DNA from: an uncultured Opitutales bacterium
GTDB lineage: Bacteria > Verrucomicrobiota > Verrucomicrobiia > Opitutales > Intestinicryptomonadaceae
Reading direction: 5' to 3'
DNA: 32,000 bases
Assembly: GCA_934660865.1 (NCBI GenBank)
Contig: CAKUIA010000005.1
Location: 1 to 32,000 of the forward strand
Positions 1-8,621 of the stretch are shown piece by piece. A program made the position numbers and the translations under genes. Numbering within the stretch: the first letter of the stretch is position 1; the number at the start of each line of letters is the position of its first letter. The notes below the pieces were generated by a model. The model was not told the origin of the DNA. It ran no database searches and was given only the letters and a program-made list of their open reading frames with translations.

Positions 1-103
1 CGTAGAATGCGGAATAAAACTATGAAAAACAAATTACAAAAAAAACCTTATTCCACAACCTTTGGGGTTGACCCAAATAAAGCCGCAAAAAACATATACA
101 AAC

Positions 104-140
104 AAACCGCAGCTTGTAAAAAACTGCGGTTTGTTTTTTT
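104..140. terminator. Intrinsic-terminator-like hairpin, usable in both directions
   Basis: Perfect 9-bp stem AAACCGCAG(104-112)/CTGCGGTTT(124-132) followed by G+T7 (133-140) on the + strand. On the - strand the same stem lies just downstream of the tRNA-Pro 3' end and is followed by a T-rich stretch. Confidence 0.6.
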
Positions 141-146
141 AAAAAG

Positions 147-220
147 TCGAGGCGAGTGGATTCGAACCACCGGCCTCTACGTCCCGAACGTAGCGCTCTA
201 CCAGGCTAAGCTACGCCTCG
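147..220 (-). tRNA. tRNA-Pro (anticodon CGG), 74 nt, no encoded CCA
   Basis: The reverse complement folds by hand into a cloverleaf. Acceptor stem is CGAGGCG/CGCCTCG, D-arm is GCTT-AGCCTGGTA-GAGC, and anticodon stem is CTACG/CGTAG with loop TTCGGGA (CGG, G37). T-arm is GGTGG-TTCGAAT-CCACT, with discriminator A. Confidence 0.9.
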
Positions 221-241
221 AATTTTTAAATGTGAAACTAT

Positions 242-270
242 ATTTATGCTGTAATGCAAAAAATATTCAA
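242..270 (-). promoter_or_regulatory. Sigma70-like promoter candidate for tRNA-Pro
   Basis: On the - strand: TTGAAT (265-270), a 17-nt spacer, then ATAAAT (242-247). The -10 ends 21 nt upstream of the tRNA 5' end, and an A/T-rich stretch lies upstream. Confidence 0.5.
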
Positions 271-291
271 GAAAAATTTTTCGACTTATAG

Positions 292-621
292 CTAGTGTTG
301 CGAAATAAGGCTAATGCCAACAATGCCTATTATTATCAATGCAAGGAAAAATATCTGCATAAAATTCGAAGGCTCGTTGAAAAGCAATATGCCCGCAATT
401 ACAGCGCCCGCGGCGCCCATGCCCGTCCATATCGCGTAGGAAACGCCAACGGGCAAATAGCGTATGGCCAAATTTAAAAGCAAAAAGCTTGTAACAATGC
501 TGACAACCATTCCCGCCGACGGCCAAAATTTTGTAAAGCCTTCGGAATATTTTAGGCACACAACCCAACCTACTTCCAAAAAGCCCGCTATAAATAAAAA
601 TATCCAAGATAAAAGTATCAT
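292..621 (-). CDS. sugE: SMR-family small multidrug resistance protein, SugE/Gdx-type (guanidinium exporter family)
   Basis: The 109-aa product has 4 predicted TM segments. It contains IAGFLEVGWVVCLKYSEGF (membrane-embedded Glu) and LPVGVSYAIWTGMGAAGAV, both typical of SugE/Gdx. Confidence 0.85.
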   Translation of the reverse strand: MILLSWIFLFIAGFLEVGWVVCLKYSEGFTKFWPSAGMVVSIVTSFLLLNLAIRYLPVGVSYAIWTGMGAAGAVIAGILLFNEPSNFMQIFFLALIIIGIVGISLISQH

Positions 622-698
622 AATAAACCCTTAGATTCTCCCGATTTGGCCGAATTTTGCAAGGTTTGAATTTTTTTGAAAAATTTTTAAATTTATAC

Positions 699-727
699 TT
701 GACAAATTTGGTAGAGAATAAAATTAT
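699..727 (+). promoter_or_regulatory. Sigma70-like promoter candidate for cysK
   Basis: TTGACA (699-704), a 17-nt spacer, then AATTAT (722-727). This would give a ~130-nt leader before the cysK ATG at 864. It lies in the divergent sugE/cysK intergenic region. Confidence 0.3.
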
Positions 728-863
728 AGGCTCATAAAAATTAAGACTTGGGCTAAATTTACGGTTTTGCAAACGATTTGGCATACATAAAACAAAGCAA
801 AGCCGCGAATGGACGCCCTTAAATTTAAAACATAAACACTACCAAATAAGGAGATATTAAAAA

Positions 864-1784
864 ATGAAAATAGCCAACAACATTCTCGAACTTGTAGGCA
901 AAACCCCGCTTGTTAGAATTAACAAGCTAAACAATTCAAGTGCCGAAGTTTTGGCAAAGCTTGAATTTTTCAACCCCTCCGGTTCCGTAAAAGATCGGGC
1001 CGCCCTTGCAATGATTGAAGACGCCGAAAAAAAGGGTATTCTAAAAAAAGGCGCTTTGATTATAGAGCCTACCAGCGGCAATACCGGCATTGGCTTGGCG
1101 TTGGTTTCGGCGGTAAAAGGCTATAGGCTTATTCTTACCATGCCCGAAACCATGAGTGTTGAACGCCGCAAATTCCTGCTAAGTTTGGGGGCAGAACTTG
1201 TTTTAACCGACGGCGCAAAGGGCATGAAAGGCGCAATAGAAAAAGCATTGGAATTAAAAGAGCAAAATTCCAACGCATTTATTCCGCAGCAGTTCGAAAA
1301 CCCCGCAAACTCGGCAATACACAGGCTTACAACAGGCAGGGAAATTTGGGAAGACACCGACGGCACCGTAGACATTGTAGTTGCAGGCGTCGGCACAGGC
1401 GGCACAATTAGCGGCATAGGCGAAGCCCTTAAACCCCTAAAGCCCTCGGTAAAAATCTATGCTGTAGAACCCTTTACCTCTCCCGTTCTTTCGGGCGGCA
1501 AGGCGGGCCCGCACAAGATTCAGGGCATAGGGGCCGGCTTTGTACCAAAAATTTACGACAGCTCGGTTATAGACGGCGTAATTAGGGTAAAAGACGCCGA
1601 CGCAGGCGACACAGCCCGCAGGCTTGCAAAGGAAGAGGGCATACACTCGGGCATTTCGGCGGGAGCTGCGGTTTTTGCCGCGCTGGAATTGGCAAAACAG
1701 CCCGAAAACGCGGGCAAAAAGATTGTGGCCATTGTTCCCGACACGGGCACGCGCTACCTGTCTACATGGCTTTATAGCGACTAA
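864..1784 (+). CDS. cysK: Cysteine synthase A (O-acetylserine sulfhydrylase), PLP-dependent
   Basis: The 306-aa product contains [23 protein letters not shown] (PLP lysine motif), [12 protein letters not shown] and [10 protein letters not shown]. An AAGGAG RBS lies at 849-854. Confidence 0.93.
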   Translation: MKIANNILELVGKTPLVRINKLNNSSAEVLAKLEFFNPSGSVKDRAALAMIEDAEKKGILKKGALIIEPTSGNTGIGLALVSAVKGYRLILTMPETMSVERRKFLLSLGAELVLTDGAKGMKGAIEKALELKEQNSNAFIPQQFENPANSAIHRLTTGREIWEDTDGTVDIVVAGVGTGGTISGIGEALKPLKPSVKIYAVEPFTSPVLSGGKAGPHKIQGIGAGFVPKIYDSSVIDGVIRVKDADAGDTARRLAKEEGIHSGISAGAAVFAALELAKQPENAGKKIVAIVPDTGTRYLSTWLYSD

Positions 1785-1838
1785 AAATCAATTTACATAA
1801 TCTATCTTTAGGCACATATTTGTGTTGGTGTATAAACA

Positions 1839-1879
1839 AGCCGCCTGCAACGAAAATTGCAGGCGGCTCTCTTTTTATT
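1839..1879 (+). terminator. Rho-independent terminator of cysK
   Basis: 12-bp stem AGCCGCCTGCAA/TTGCAGGCGGCT with loop CGAAAA, followed by CTCTTTTTATT. Confidence 0.8.
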
Positions 1880-1978
1880 GCAGGCAGCATAAAGCGCCGC
1901 GTTTTGCATAAAAGCTCCGCGCAAAATGCCTTTCACATAAAAAGCGCGGCGTTTATTATTGCCCAAGCGCACAGACAC

Positions 1979-2006
1979 AAAAAAAACGAGCCGCACAAAA
2001 CGGCCC
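1979..2006 (-). terminator. Rho-independent terminator of the PEP-CTERM gene
   Basis: On the - strand: GGGCCG-TTTTGTG-CGGCTC (6 bp including one G-U), then G+T8. It starts ~30 nt after the stop at 2037. Confidence 0.6.
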
Positions 2007-2036
2007 GTTCCTATTTTCACATTCTTATTTACAAAA

Positions 2037-4421
2037 TTACTTTCTCCTGCGGTATATTGCAAAGGCCAAAGCCAAAGCGCCGAATATTGCCGCCCATGTA
2101 GAAGGTTCGGGAACTTCGAATGTTGCCGTAAAGTTGTTTTCGTCGCCGCCAAATGTCAGCTTCCAGCCGTTGTAGTCTATAGAAGTGCCCTTTAAGGCCT
2201 CCAGCGAAGCGTTATACTTCGAAGAATCGTCGAAGAAAATCAAGTCGTAGGTTTCGCCGTCTTCGTAGTTTGTAAAGGAAAAATCGCTTGCCAAGATGTC
2301 GCCTACCAAGCTTGCGCTGTCGGTGAAAAGCAAACTTGCGCCCGAAGACAAGTCGAATTCAAACTTGCCGCTTGTAAAGTTTACAACCGAATACCCGCCA
2401 AAAGTTGCCGAACCCTTCAAGGCGAATGTGCCTTTGTCTATATTAACTTTGCTTGCAAAAGATTGGGCCGTAGATTTGTTGAACGTCATAGCGCCGTCTA
2501 TTTGCAGGCGACCTGCAACGTTCACATTAAGCTCTTTTGTAGCCCCTGCATTAAGCTCGTCTTGCAAATTGCCCTTTATAACAAGCGCGCCGCCTTCGTT
2601 TACATTCAGCACACCGCCCGTAGAAAGCTTTATTGTGCCCGTAGCGGTTGTGGAATTGCTTACATTCAACGCGCCCGCAGCGCCTACGGTTAAATAGCTG
2701 TTTGAATTAAAAGTTGAACCTTTATTTAAGGTAAGCGAACCGGTGTTGATTGAAATTTGCGCTTTTTGATTCCAGGTTGCGCCGCTTTCCAAAACAACCG
2801 TGCCGCCGTTAAAGTGGTCTATGGCGTTTTGGTTGAAAGTGCCGTAAATTGTGTGGTTGCCCGCGTTAAAACGCACGGTAGAACCGCTAGCCTGCGTCAT
2901 TGTGCCGCGCATTGTAAGGGAGGAATTTGCGCCGAACAAAACAGTGCCCGCGCTCTTTATGCCGTCTACGGTTTCGACGCCTACGGTAAAGTTTGCGCCC
3001 TCGTCGATATTAACCGCGGTTTTTTCGAATGTTACGCCGCCGCTTACATTAAGGTTGCCGCCGTTTTTAACGTTCAGCGTGGAATTGTTTGCAAATTTTA
3101 TTGTGTTAAAGTCTTTGTCCTGATCGGTGGCCGTTGTGCCCCTGTCTTGAACCGACTTTTCCTTGCCGCCGCTTTTCAATGCAAGCGTGCCGTATACGTC
3201 TACCGTGCCGCCGCTCGAAGCAAACGAACTTGATGTTGTGGCTTTGCCGTCGGTAATGGTTTCGTCTACAATGGCAGTGCCCTTAACGGTAAAGTTGCCC
3301 GCCCCAATCGAAAGCAAGCCCTTGCTTTCGAAAACGGCGCCTTCTTCTACCGTATAATTGAATGTTGTAGAAGTTGCCCCGAAGGAAAATGTGCCGTTGT
3401 TGGTAAGCGAGCCGAACTGACTGTGGTTGTCGCCGCCGGCAAACTTAAGAGTACCGTTGTTTATAAAGCTGCCGGTTTTTGTTAAAATAAAGTTTGCATC
3501 TTTTGCGACAATGGTTGTGCCGTTGTTTTCGAAAGCGCCAACCAAATGCTGGTTGTAGCCGTTTAGGTTTACCGTAGCGCCCAATTCGTTTACAATGTCG
3601 CCAATGTAAACATTGGGCATATCGTACGAAGCCGAGTTATAGTTTGCACTGCCCAAAGTTAAAGTGCTTTTGTTTTGCGACTTTTTGCCATTGGTTACCG
3701 AATATGTGCCGTCTTCGTTTTTGGTTACGCCAAGCCTTATTTCCTGTATGTAGCTGTGAATGCGGAAAGCGTTTGCGTTTACAATAACCTGGCCTATGTC
3801 TACCAAAGCCCTCGAGCCGTATTTAAGCGAGCCGTTTGTAACCGCGTCGGCCACCCCTATAATTTCGAGATTTTTTGTGCCGTTAAGGGTTAATGTGTCG
3901 CTTACTATAAAGTTGTTTCTCGAAATATCCTCCGACTTATTGTCTGCCGTATTAAGCGTAAAGGTTGCGCTCGAAAACATTGCGTCGGTAAAATTCTGAG
4001 TTAGGTTTGCAACCGAAAACGAGTTGCCGCCGTTGTGCAGGGAATTTACCATTTTTCTGACGCCGCGGCCCTCTTCCATTTGCTCTAGCTGCAAAAAGTC
4101 GTAGTTGTTGTTGCCCGCCTTTTCCTGCCAAACGGTTTCGCTTGTGTAGTAGTCGTTAAAAAATACGTTTGCGGTAGAGTCTGTTCTGGGAGCCTTGCTT
4201 GCCCTAACTGCAGTTGCAACATCGCTTGTAGTATACCAGTTGTTTGGGTCTGCCGCAAAATTGCTGTTGTTGCCCGAAGCCCTTTCGCCCACTTTATCCG
4301 AAGCGGGCAGGCTGTCCCACGCCGAAGTTGTAAGGCCGAACATAAAGTAGTAATCGGTGCCAAATGCCATAGAGGCCGCGCCTATAAACAAACTTGCCAA
4401 AAATGCTTTTGTTGAATTCAT
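2037..4421 (-). CDS. Secreted beta-helix/adhesin-like repeat protein with C-terminal PEP-CTERM sorting signal
   Basis: The 794-aa product has an N-terminal signal peptide (MNSTKAFLASLFIGAASMAFG). Its body is long and G/T/N/S-rich with recurring GTL/GAL..V..G beta-strand repeats. The C-terminus is VPEPSTWAAIFGALALAFAIYRRRK, i.e. a PEP motif, a TM helix and a basic tail. Confidence 0.85.
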   Translation of the reverse strand: MNSTKAFLASLFIGAASMAFGTDYYFMFGLTTSAWDSLPASDKVGERASGNNSNFAADPNNWYTTSDVATAVRASKAPRTDSTANVFFNDYYTSETVWQEKAGNNNYDFLQLEQMEEGRGVRKMVNSLHNGGNSFSVANLTQNFTDAMFSSATFTLNTADNKSEDISRNNFIVSDTLTLNGTKNLEIIGVADAVTNGSLKYGSRALVDIGQVIVNANAFRIHSYIQEIRLGVTKNEDGTYSVTNGKKSQNKSTLTLGSANYNSASYDMPNVYIGDIVNELGATVNLNGYNQHLVGAFENNGTTIVAKDANFILTKTGSFINNGTLKFAGGDNHSQFGSLTNNGTFSFGATSTTFNYTVEEGAVFESKGLLSIGAGNFTVKGTAIVDETITDGKATTSSSFASSGGTVDVYGTLALKSGGKEKSVQDRGTTATDQDKDFNTIKFANNSTLNVKNGGNLNVSGGVTFEKTAVNIDEGANFTVGVETVDGIKSAGTVLFGANSSLTMRGTMTQASGSTVRFNAGNHTIYGTFNQNAIDHFNGGTVVLESGATWNQKAQISINTGSLTLNKGSTFNSNSYLTVGAAGALNVSNSTTATGTIKLSTGGVLNVNEGGALVIKGNLQDELNAGATKELNVNVAGRLQIDGAMTFNKSTAQSFASKVNIDKGTFALKGSATFGGYSVVNFTSGKFEFDLSSGASLLFTDSASLVGDILASDFSFTNYEDGETYDLIFFDDSSKYNASLEALKGTSIDYNGWKLTFGGDENNFTATFEVPEPSTWAAIFGALALAFAIYRRRK

Positions 4422-4510
4422 ATAATATATTCCCGTTATTTTTGTGTTGCACCGATAGCTTAACTTAACGGAACTTAACTAGTCAACACTATTTTTTAAA
4501 ATTCCGCAAT

Positions 4511-4545
4511 TTACAAAAAAACTCCGCAAAAAATTGCGGAGTTTT
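4511..4545 (-). terminator. Rho-independent terminator of guaA
   Basis: 12-bp stem AAAACTCCGCAA/TTGCGGAGTTTT with a 4-nt loop, running into a T-tract on the - strand. It starts 10 nt after the guaA stop. Confidence 0.8.
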
Positions 4546-4555
4546 GTAAAAAATC

Positions 4556-6094
4556 TTATTCCCATTCTATTGTAGACGGCGGTTTAGACGAAATATCCAA
4601 AACCACTCTGTTTACACCCTTAACCTCGTTTATTATTCGGCTTGAGGTTTTTGCAAGAACCTCGTAGGGGATATGCGCCCAGTCGGCCGTCATTGCGTCT
4701 ACCGACTCTACAATTCTAAGGGCAATAACGTTGTCGTAGGTGCGTTCGTCGCCCATAACGCCCACTGTTTTTACGGGCAAGAACACGCAAAAGGCCTGCC
4801 ATACGCTGTAGTATAGCCCCGAAGCCTTCATTTCTTCTATAAGGATTGCGTCGGCCTCGCGCAAAATGTCCAGGCGTTTTTTGGTAATATCGCCTACAAC
4901 TCTAACACCCAAGCCGGGGCCGGGGAACGGGTGGCGCCACAAAACTTCTTTAGACAAACCAAGCTCTTTGCCCAGGGCGCGAACTTCGTCTTTAAACAAT
5001 TCGCGCAAAGGCTCCAGCAGCTTAAGCTTCATCTTCTTGGGCAAGCCGCCAACGTTGTGGTGGCTTTTTATCAAAGCCGCGGGGTTGCCCGCAATCGGCA
5101 CGCTTTCTATAACATCGGGGTACAAAGTGCCCTGCGCTAAAAAGTCTACATTGCCAAGCTTTTTAACTTCCCTGTCGAAAATGGTTATGAAAGTTTTGCC
5201 GATAATCTTGCGCTTGCGTTCGGGGTCTTTTACACCCTTTAGCTTTTTAAGGAAAACGCTTTCGGCTTTGGCGGTAACCATTTTCATCTTAAAATTGTTC
5301 TTGAAGAGGTCTTCAACCGCCTTGCGCTCGTTTTTACGCAAAAGCCCGTTGTCTACAAACACGCATGTAAGCTGCTTGCCTATGGCCTTGTGTATGAGGG
5401 CTGCCGCCACCGACGAGTCTACACCGCCGCTAAGCCCCAAAATAACCTTTTTGTCGCCAACCTTTTCGCGGATATCGGCAACGGCCTTGTCGATATAGTT
5501 CGACATTGTCCAATCGCCCTTGCATTTGCAGATGTTGAACAAAAAGTTCTTTATTATTTCCATACCCTTTGGCGTATGCGCAACTTCGGGGTGGAATTGC
5601 ATTCCGTAAAACTTGCGCTTGCCGTCTTCGATAAGGGCAAATTCGGAGTTTTCGGTAATGCCTATCGATTTAAAACCTTCGGGCAGCTTGACTATTCTGT
5701 CGCCGTGCGAGTTCCAAACCTTCATGGGCGACTTAATGCCCTTTAAAAGCTCGCCCTGCGCCTTAAACGAAAGCTGGCCGTGCCCGTATTCGCGCTGCGC
5801 GCTGGAAACCACCTTGCCGCCCAGCATTTTGCCCATAAGCTGAAGCCCGTAGCAAATGCCCATAACGGGAACGCCAAGTTTGAATATGCCCGCGTCGGGA
5901 CGCGGCGAACCCTTTGCCAAAACGCTTGCGGGCCCGCCCGACAATATAATGCCGACTACCCCCTGTTTTTTAAGTTCGCTTGCCTTTGTGCCAAAGGGCA
6001 TAATTTCGGAAAACACGTTGCATTCCCTTATCCTGCGGGCTATAACCTGCGTATATTGGGAACCGAAATCCAGTACGGCTATTTTTTGATTCAT
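4556..6094 (-). CDS. guaA: GMP synthase (glutamine-hydrolysing)
   Basis: The product begins [24 protein letters not shown]. It has the GATase motif GICYGLQLM and the ATP-PPase motif [10 protein letters not shown], and ends PPSTIEWE. I moved the start to the internal ATG at 6094 (512 aa). The 61 extra N-terminal codons of the tracked ORF overlap the upstream ORF and do not look like GuaA. Confidence 0.93.
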   Translation of the reverse strand: MNQKIAVLDFGSQYTQVIARRIRECNVFSEIMPFGTKASELKKQGVVGIILSGGPASVLAKGSPRPDAGIFKLGVPVMGICYGLQLMGKMLGGKVVSSAQREYGHGQLSFKAQGELLKGIKSPMKVWNSHGDRIVKLPEGFKSIGITENSEFALIEDGKRKFYGMQFHPEVAHTPKGMEIIKNFLFNICKCKGDWTMSNYIDKAVADIREKVGDKKVILGLSGGVDSSVAAALIHKAIGKQLTCVFVDNGLLRKNERKAVEDLFKNNFKMKMVTAKAESVFLKKLKGVKDPERKRKIIGKTFITIFDREVKKLGNVDFLAQGTLYPDVIESVPIAGNPAALIKSHHNVGGLPKKMKLKLLEPLRELFKDEVRALGKELGLSKEVLWRHPFPGPGLGVRVVGDITKKRLDILREADAILIEEMKASGLYYSVWQAFCVFLPVKTVGVMGDERTYDNVIALRIVESVDAMTADWAHIPYEVLAKTSSRIINEVKGVNRVVLDISSKPPSTIEWE

Positions 6095-6105
6095 ATAAAT
6101 TTTAG

Positions 6106-6336
6106 TTAAAACTTTAGGCTTGAATTTATGTGGTTGCAAGTTGGACAAGGCGCCTTGCCGTTTTTGGGATAGGCCGCATAAACGGCGTTGCACTTGCGGC
6201 AATGGAAAATCACAATATGCGTAAGCTTTTCGTAATTTGCAAGCTCTTTGCGCTCGCGGTGCCACGAAATAACGCAAACGGCTATAAGAACTACCAGTAT
6301 AACCGCCGCGATATACGCTGCCAAAGAAATTGCCAT
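6106..6336 (-). CDS. Hypothetical small membrane-anchored zinc-ribbon protein
   Basis: The 76-aa product has an N-terminal TM helix ([21 protein letters not shown]). It is followed by CRKC...(14 aa)...CPTC, a CxxC-N14-CxxC arrangement. The stop is 11 nt upstream of the guaA ATG on the same strand. Confidence 0.5.
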   Translation of the reverse strand: MAISLAAYIAAVILVVLIAVCVISWHRERKELANYEKLTHIVIFHCRKCNAVYAAYPKNGKAPCPTCNHINSSLKF

Positions 6337-6354
6337 TGCCCGATTGCGCTTGTT

Positions 6355-6398
6355 TAAAAATACAAAAAGGCTTAATTCAAAAAGAATTAAGCCTTTTT
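6355..6398 (-). terminator. Rho-independent terminator ending the ribosomal supercluster (after rplQ)
   Basis: 15-bp stem AAAAAGGCTTAATTC/GAATTAAGCCTTTTT with a 5-nt loop and T-rich tails on both strands. It starts ~14 nt after the rplQ stop. Confidence 0.8.
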
Positions 6399-6411
6399 AG
6401 AAAAGTTTTGG

Positions 6412-6939
6412 CTATGCCTTAACTTCTTCGGCTTTTTCTTCGGCGGGTTTTTCCTCCGCCTTCTTGGCCGTCTTTTTAGCTGCGGTTTTCTTTGTTGCAG
6501 CCTTCTTGGCGGTTTTCTTGGCAGCGGGCTTTTTTGCCTCTTTCGAATAGCCCTTGTCGTCGGCCTCGATAAGCTCTATCAAAGCCATGGGCGAAGCATC
6601 GCCTACCCTTTCAACCAACTTGTAGATGCGGGTGTAGCCGCCCTTGCGTTCGGCAAACTTGGCCACCTTTTCCGAGAAAAGCATCTTTACAGCGCTTTCG
6701 TCTCTTACCTGGGCAAGAGCCAAGCGGTAGTAATGAAGCTTTACGGCTTTGTCTTCGGCCAACGAGGCCTTCTTTGCCAAAGTGATAACTTTTTCGGCAA
6801 AGGGACGAAGCGCTTTCGCATAAGTTAGTGTTGTTTCAATTCTGTCGTGGCGGAAAAGAGCCGCCGAAAGCGAAGCCATTATCGAGGCTCTGTGCTCTTT
6901 AGTTACGCCAAGTTGATATCTGTGTGTGTTGTGACGCAT
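6412..6939 (-). CDS. rplQ: 50S ribosomal protein L17 with Lys/Ala/Glu-rich C-terminal tail
   Basis: The product begins MRHNTHRYQLGVTKEHRASIMASL, contains GGYTRI, and sits after rpoA. At 175 aa it is ~45 aa longer than typical L17. Confidence 0.92.
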   Translation of the reverse strand: MRHNTHRYQLGVTKEHRASIMASLSAALFRHDRIETTLTYAKALRPFAEKVITLAKKASLAEDKAVKLHYYRLALAQVRDESAVKMLFSEKVAKFAERKGGYTRIYKLVERVGDASPMALIELIEADDKGYSKEAKKPAAKKTAKKAATKKTAAKKTAKKAEEKPAEEKAEEVKA

Positions 6940-6963
6940 TGTCTAAATCCAATTCTATTTTAA

Positions 6964-7956
6964 TTACGGCTGGTCGATTAAACGTTCGTCTATCTTCATA
7001 CCCAAAGAAAGACCTATTTGCTCGAGCTTTGCCTTTATTTCGTTGAGAGATTTCTTGCCGAAATTGCGGTATTTCAACATTTCCTGCTCGCTCTTCATCG
7101 CCAATTCGCCCACTGTGGTGATGTTGGCGTTGTTCAAGCAGTTTGCAGCGCGAACCGAAAGTTCTATTTCGTTTACGCTCATGTTCAAAAGCTTGCGAAG
7201 CCTGTTTTGTTCTTCGCTTACTTCCTTGCCCTTCGCTTCGAATTCGATGGATTCGTCGTTTACCTTGTCGAATACGTCGATGTGCAATTTCAAAATTACC
7301 GCCGCTTCTTTCAAAGCTTCGTCGGGAGTGATTCTTCCGTCTGTCCAAATTTCAAGGGTAAGCTTGTCGAAGTCGGTCATGTGGCCAACACGTGTCGACG
7401 AAACTGTATATCTTACCAAATCTATGGGACTAAAAAGAGAATCTACGGCTATTACACCGATGGGCTGGTCTTCGTACTTGTTTTCGTCGGCGGGTTTCCA
7501 ACCTCTGCCTGTCGAAATTTCCACCTCGGCCTGAAATCTTTTTTTCGTGTCGAGCGTGCAAATAACCTGTTCGGGGTTGATTATCGTTATGTCCGAATCA
7601 AGCTGAATGTCGGCGGCCGTAACGGGCCCTTCCTTTTCGACGTCGATTAAAAGACGCTTCGCTTCGCGCCCAGTGCTCTTAATCTTAATCTTTTTCAAAT
7701 TCAGCACAATGTCGGTAACGTCTTCTACAACGCCGTCTATGCTCTGAAACTCGTGGTCTACACCCTCGATTTTTATCGAGCTAATAGCCGCGCCTTCAAT
7801 CGAGCTTAGTAGTACCCTGCGAAGAGAATTGCCTATCGTGTGCCCAAAACCCGTTTCAAATGGGTCAGCCACATACTTTGCGTAAGTCGGCGTCGCCGAA
7901 GCTTCGTCTTTTACAAGACGATTTGGAAGTTCAAATTTTCCGAGTCTTTTGGCCAT
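6964..7956 (-). CDS. rpoA: DNA-directed RNA polymerase alpha subunit
   Basis: The 330-aa product contains GFGHTIGNSLRRVLLSS, and a C-terminal domain with ELSVRAANCLNNANITTVGEL and NFGKKSLNEIK. Confidence 0.95.
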   Translation of the reverse strand: MAKRLGKFELPNRLVKDEASATPTYAKYVADPFETGFGHTIGNSLRRVLLSSIEGAAISSIKIEGVDHEFQSIDGVVEDVTDIVLNLKKIKIKSTGREAKRLLIDVEKEGPVTAADIQLDSDITIINPEQVICTLDTKKRFQAEVEISTGRGWKPADENKYEDQPIGVIAVDSLFSPIDLVRYTVSSTRVGHMTDFDKLTLEIWTDGRITPDEALKEAAVILKLHIDVFDKVNDESIEFEAKGKEVSEEQNRLRKLLNMSVNEIELSVRAANCLNNANITTVGELAMKSEQEMLKYRNFGKKSLNEIKAKLEQIGLSLGMKIDERLIDQP

Positions 7957-7979
7957 TTTGGAATCCTTCTTTTTAGTTA

Positions 7980-8588
7980 TTAACGGGAGTAAAATTCAAC
8001 GATTAGCTGTTCGTTGATGGACTTGTCCATTTCGTCGCGGATAGGCAGTCTGCTTATCGTGCCTTTGAATGCTCCCTCAACCCTTTCGAGCCATGCCGGA
8101 GGTGTGCGCAAAGCAGTGTCGTCGAGACCCCTTTGTGCCATCTGGCGCGAGTTGCTCTTTTCGGAAACTTCAATGGTGTCGCCGGGCTTGCATGCAAAGC
8201 TGGGAATATCGGTTTTCTTGCCGTTTACCAAAACGTGGCCGTGTGTTACCATCTGGCGCGATGCCTTGCGTGTGCGGGCATATCCCAAAAGATATACGAT
8301 GTTGTCGAGACGGCATTCGAGAAGTTGCATAAATACTTCGCCTGTTACGCCGTGCTGTTTCTTTGCGCGTTCGAAAGTAAGGCGGAACTGTTTTTCCGTC
8401 AAACCGTACATATAGCGCAACTTCTGTTTTTCGTTCAAACCCTGCGAATAGTCGGTTACTTTGCGGCGAAGTGTTTTGCCGTGTATGCCGGGAAGATAGG
8501 GTTTCTTTTCGTTAGCCTTCTTGCTCTGGAAAATGGGTTGTCCAAAGCGGCGGTTAATTCTGCTTGTCGGTCCTGTATAACGAGCCAT
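7980..8588 (-). CDS. rpsD: 30S ribosomal protein S4
   Basis: The product begins MARYTGPTSRINRRFG and contains RLDNIVY and LVNGKKTDIPSF (S4 RNA-binding domain). It is 202 aa. Confidence 0.95.
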   Translation of the reverse strand: MARYTGPTSRINRRFGQPIFQSKKANEKKPYLPGIHGKTLRRKVTDYSQGLNEKQKLRYMYGLTEKQFRLTFERAKKQHGVTGEVFMQLLECRLDNIVYLLGYARTRKASRQMVTHGHVLVNGKKTDIPSFACKPGDTIEVSEKSNSRQMAQRGLDDTALRTPPAWLERVEGAFKGTISRLPIRDEMDKSINEQLIVEFYSR

Positions 8589-8621
8589 ATTAAAATACCT
8601 CTTGTCTTTAAAAAGTTAGTG

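Noticed and set aside
7-291. 94-aa + strand ORF at the left edge
   Set aside because: It runs straight through the terminator hairpin and the tRNA-Pro gene on the opposite strand. Its K/N-rich low-complexity start also argues that it is spurious.
622-790. Guanidine riboswitch upstream of sugE
   Set aside because: I read the minus strand and found none of the conserved cores of guanidine-I, -II or -III. This is kept only as a low-interest finding pending an Rfam scan.
1880-1978. GC-rich imperfect inverted repeats (CGCCGCG ... CGCGGCG) between the cysK and PEP-CTERM terminators, considered as a possible small RNA
   Set aside because: The stems are short (7 bp) and ~45 nt apart, and no promoter-like elements are present. 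The region is adequately explained as the spacer between two convergent terminators.
4502-4545. Three CCGCAA/TTGCGG elements suggesting alternative hairpins (a switch) at the guaA terminator
   Set aside because: The alternative pairing (4503-4510 with 4533-4540) is only 8 bp with a 22-nt loop. The terminator stem is 12 bp with a tetraloop, so there is no convincing mutually exclusive regulatory structure.
6095-6277. 61-codon N-terminal extension of the guaA ORF (tracked as 4556..6277)
   Set aside because: The extension ([17 protein letters not shown]...) is unlike GuaA and overlaps the better-supported TM/zinc-ribbon ORF in another frame. The canonical GuaA N-terminus [14 protein letters not shown] starts at 6094.
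6899-7348. 149-aa minus-strand ORF overlapping rpoA and rplQ out of frame
   Set aside because: It overlaps two strongly supported genes on the same strand in a different frame. Its Arg/Gly/Ser-rich sequence is typical of off-frame reading.
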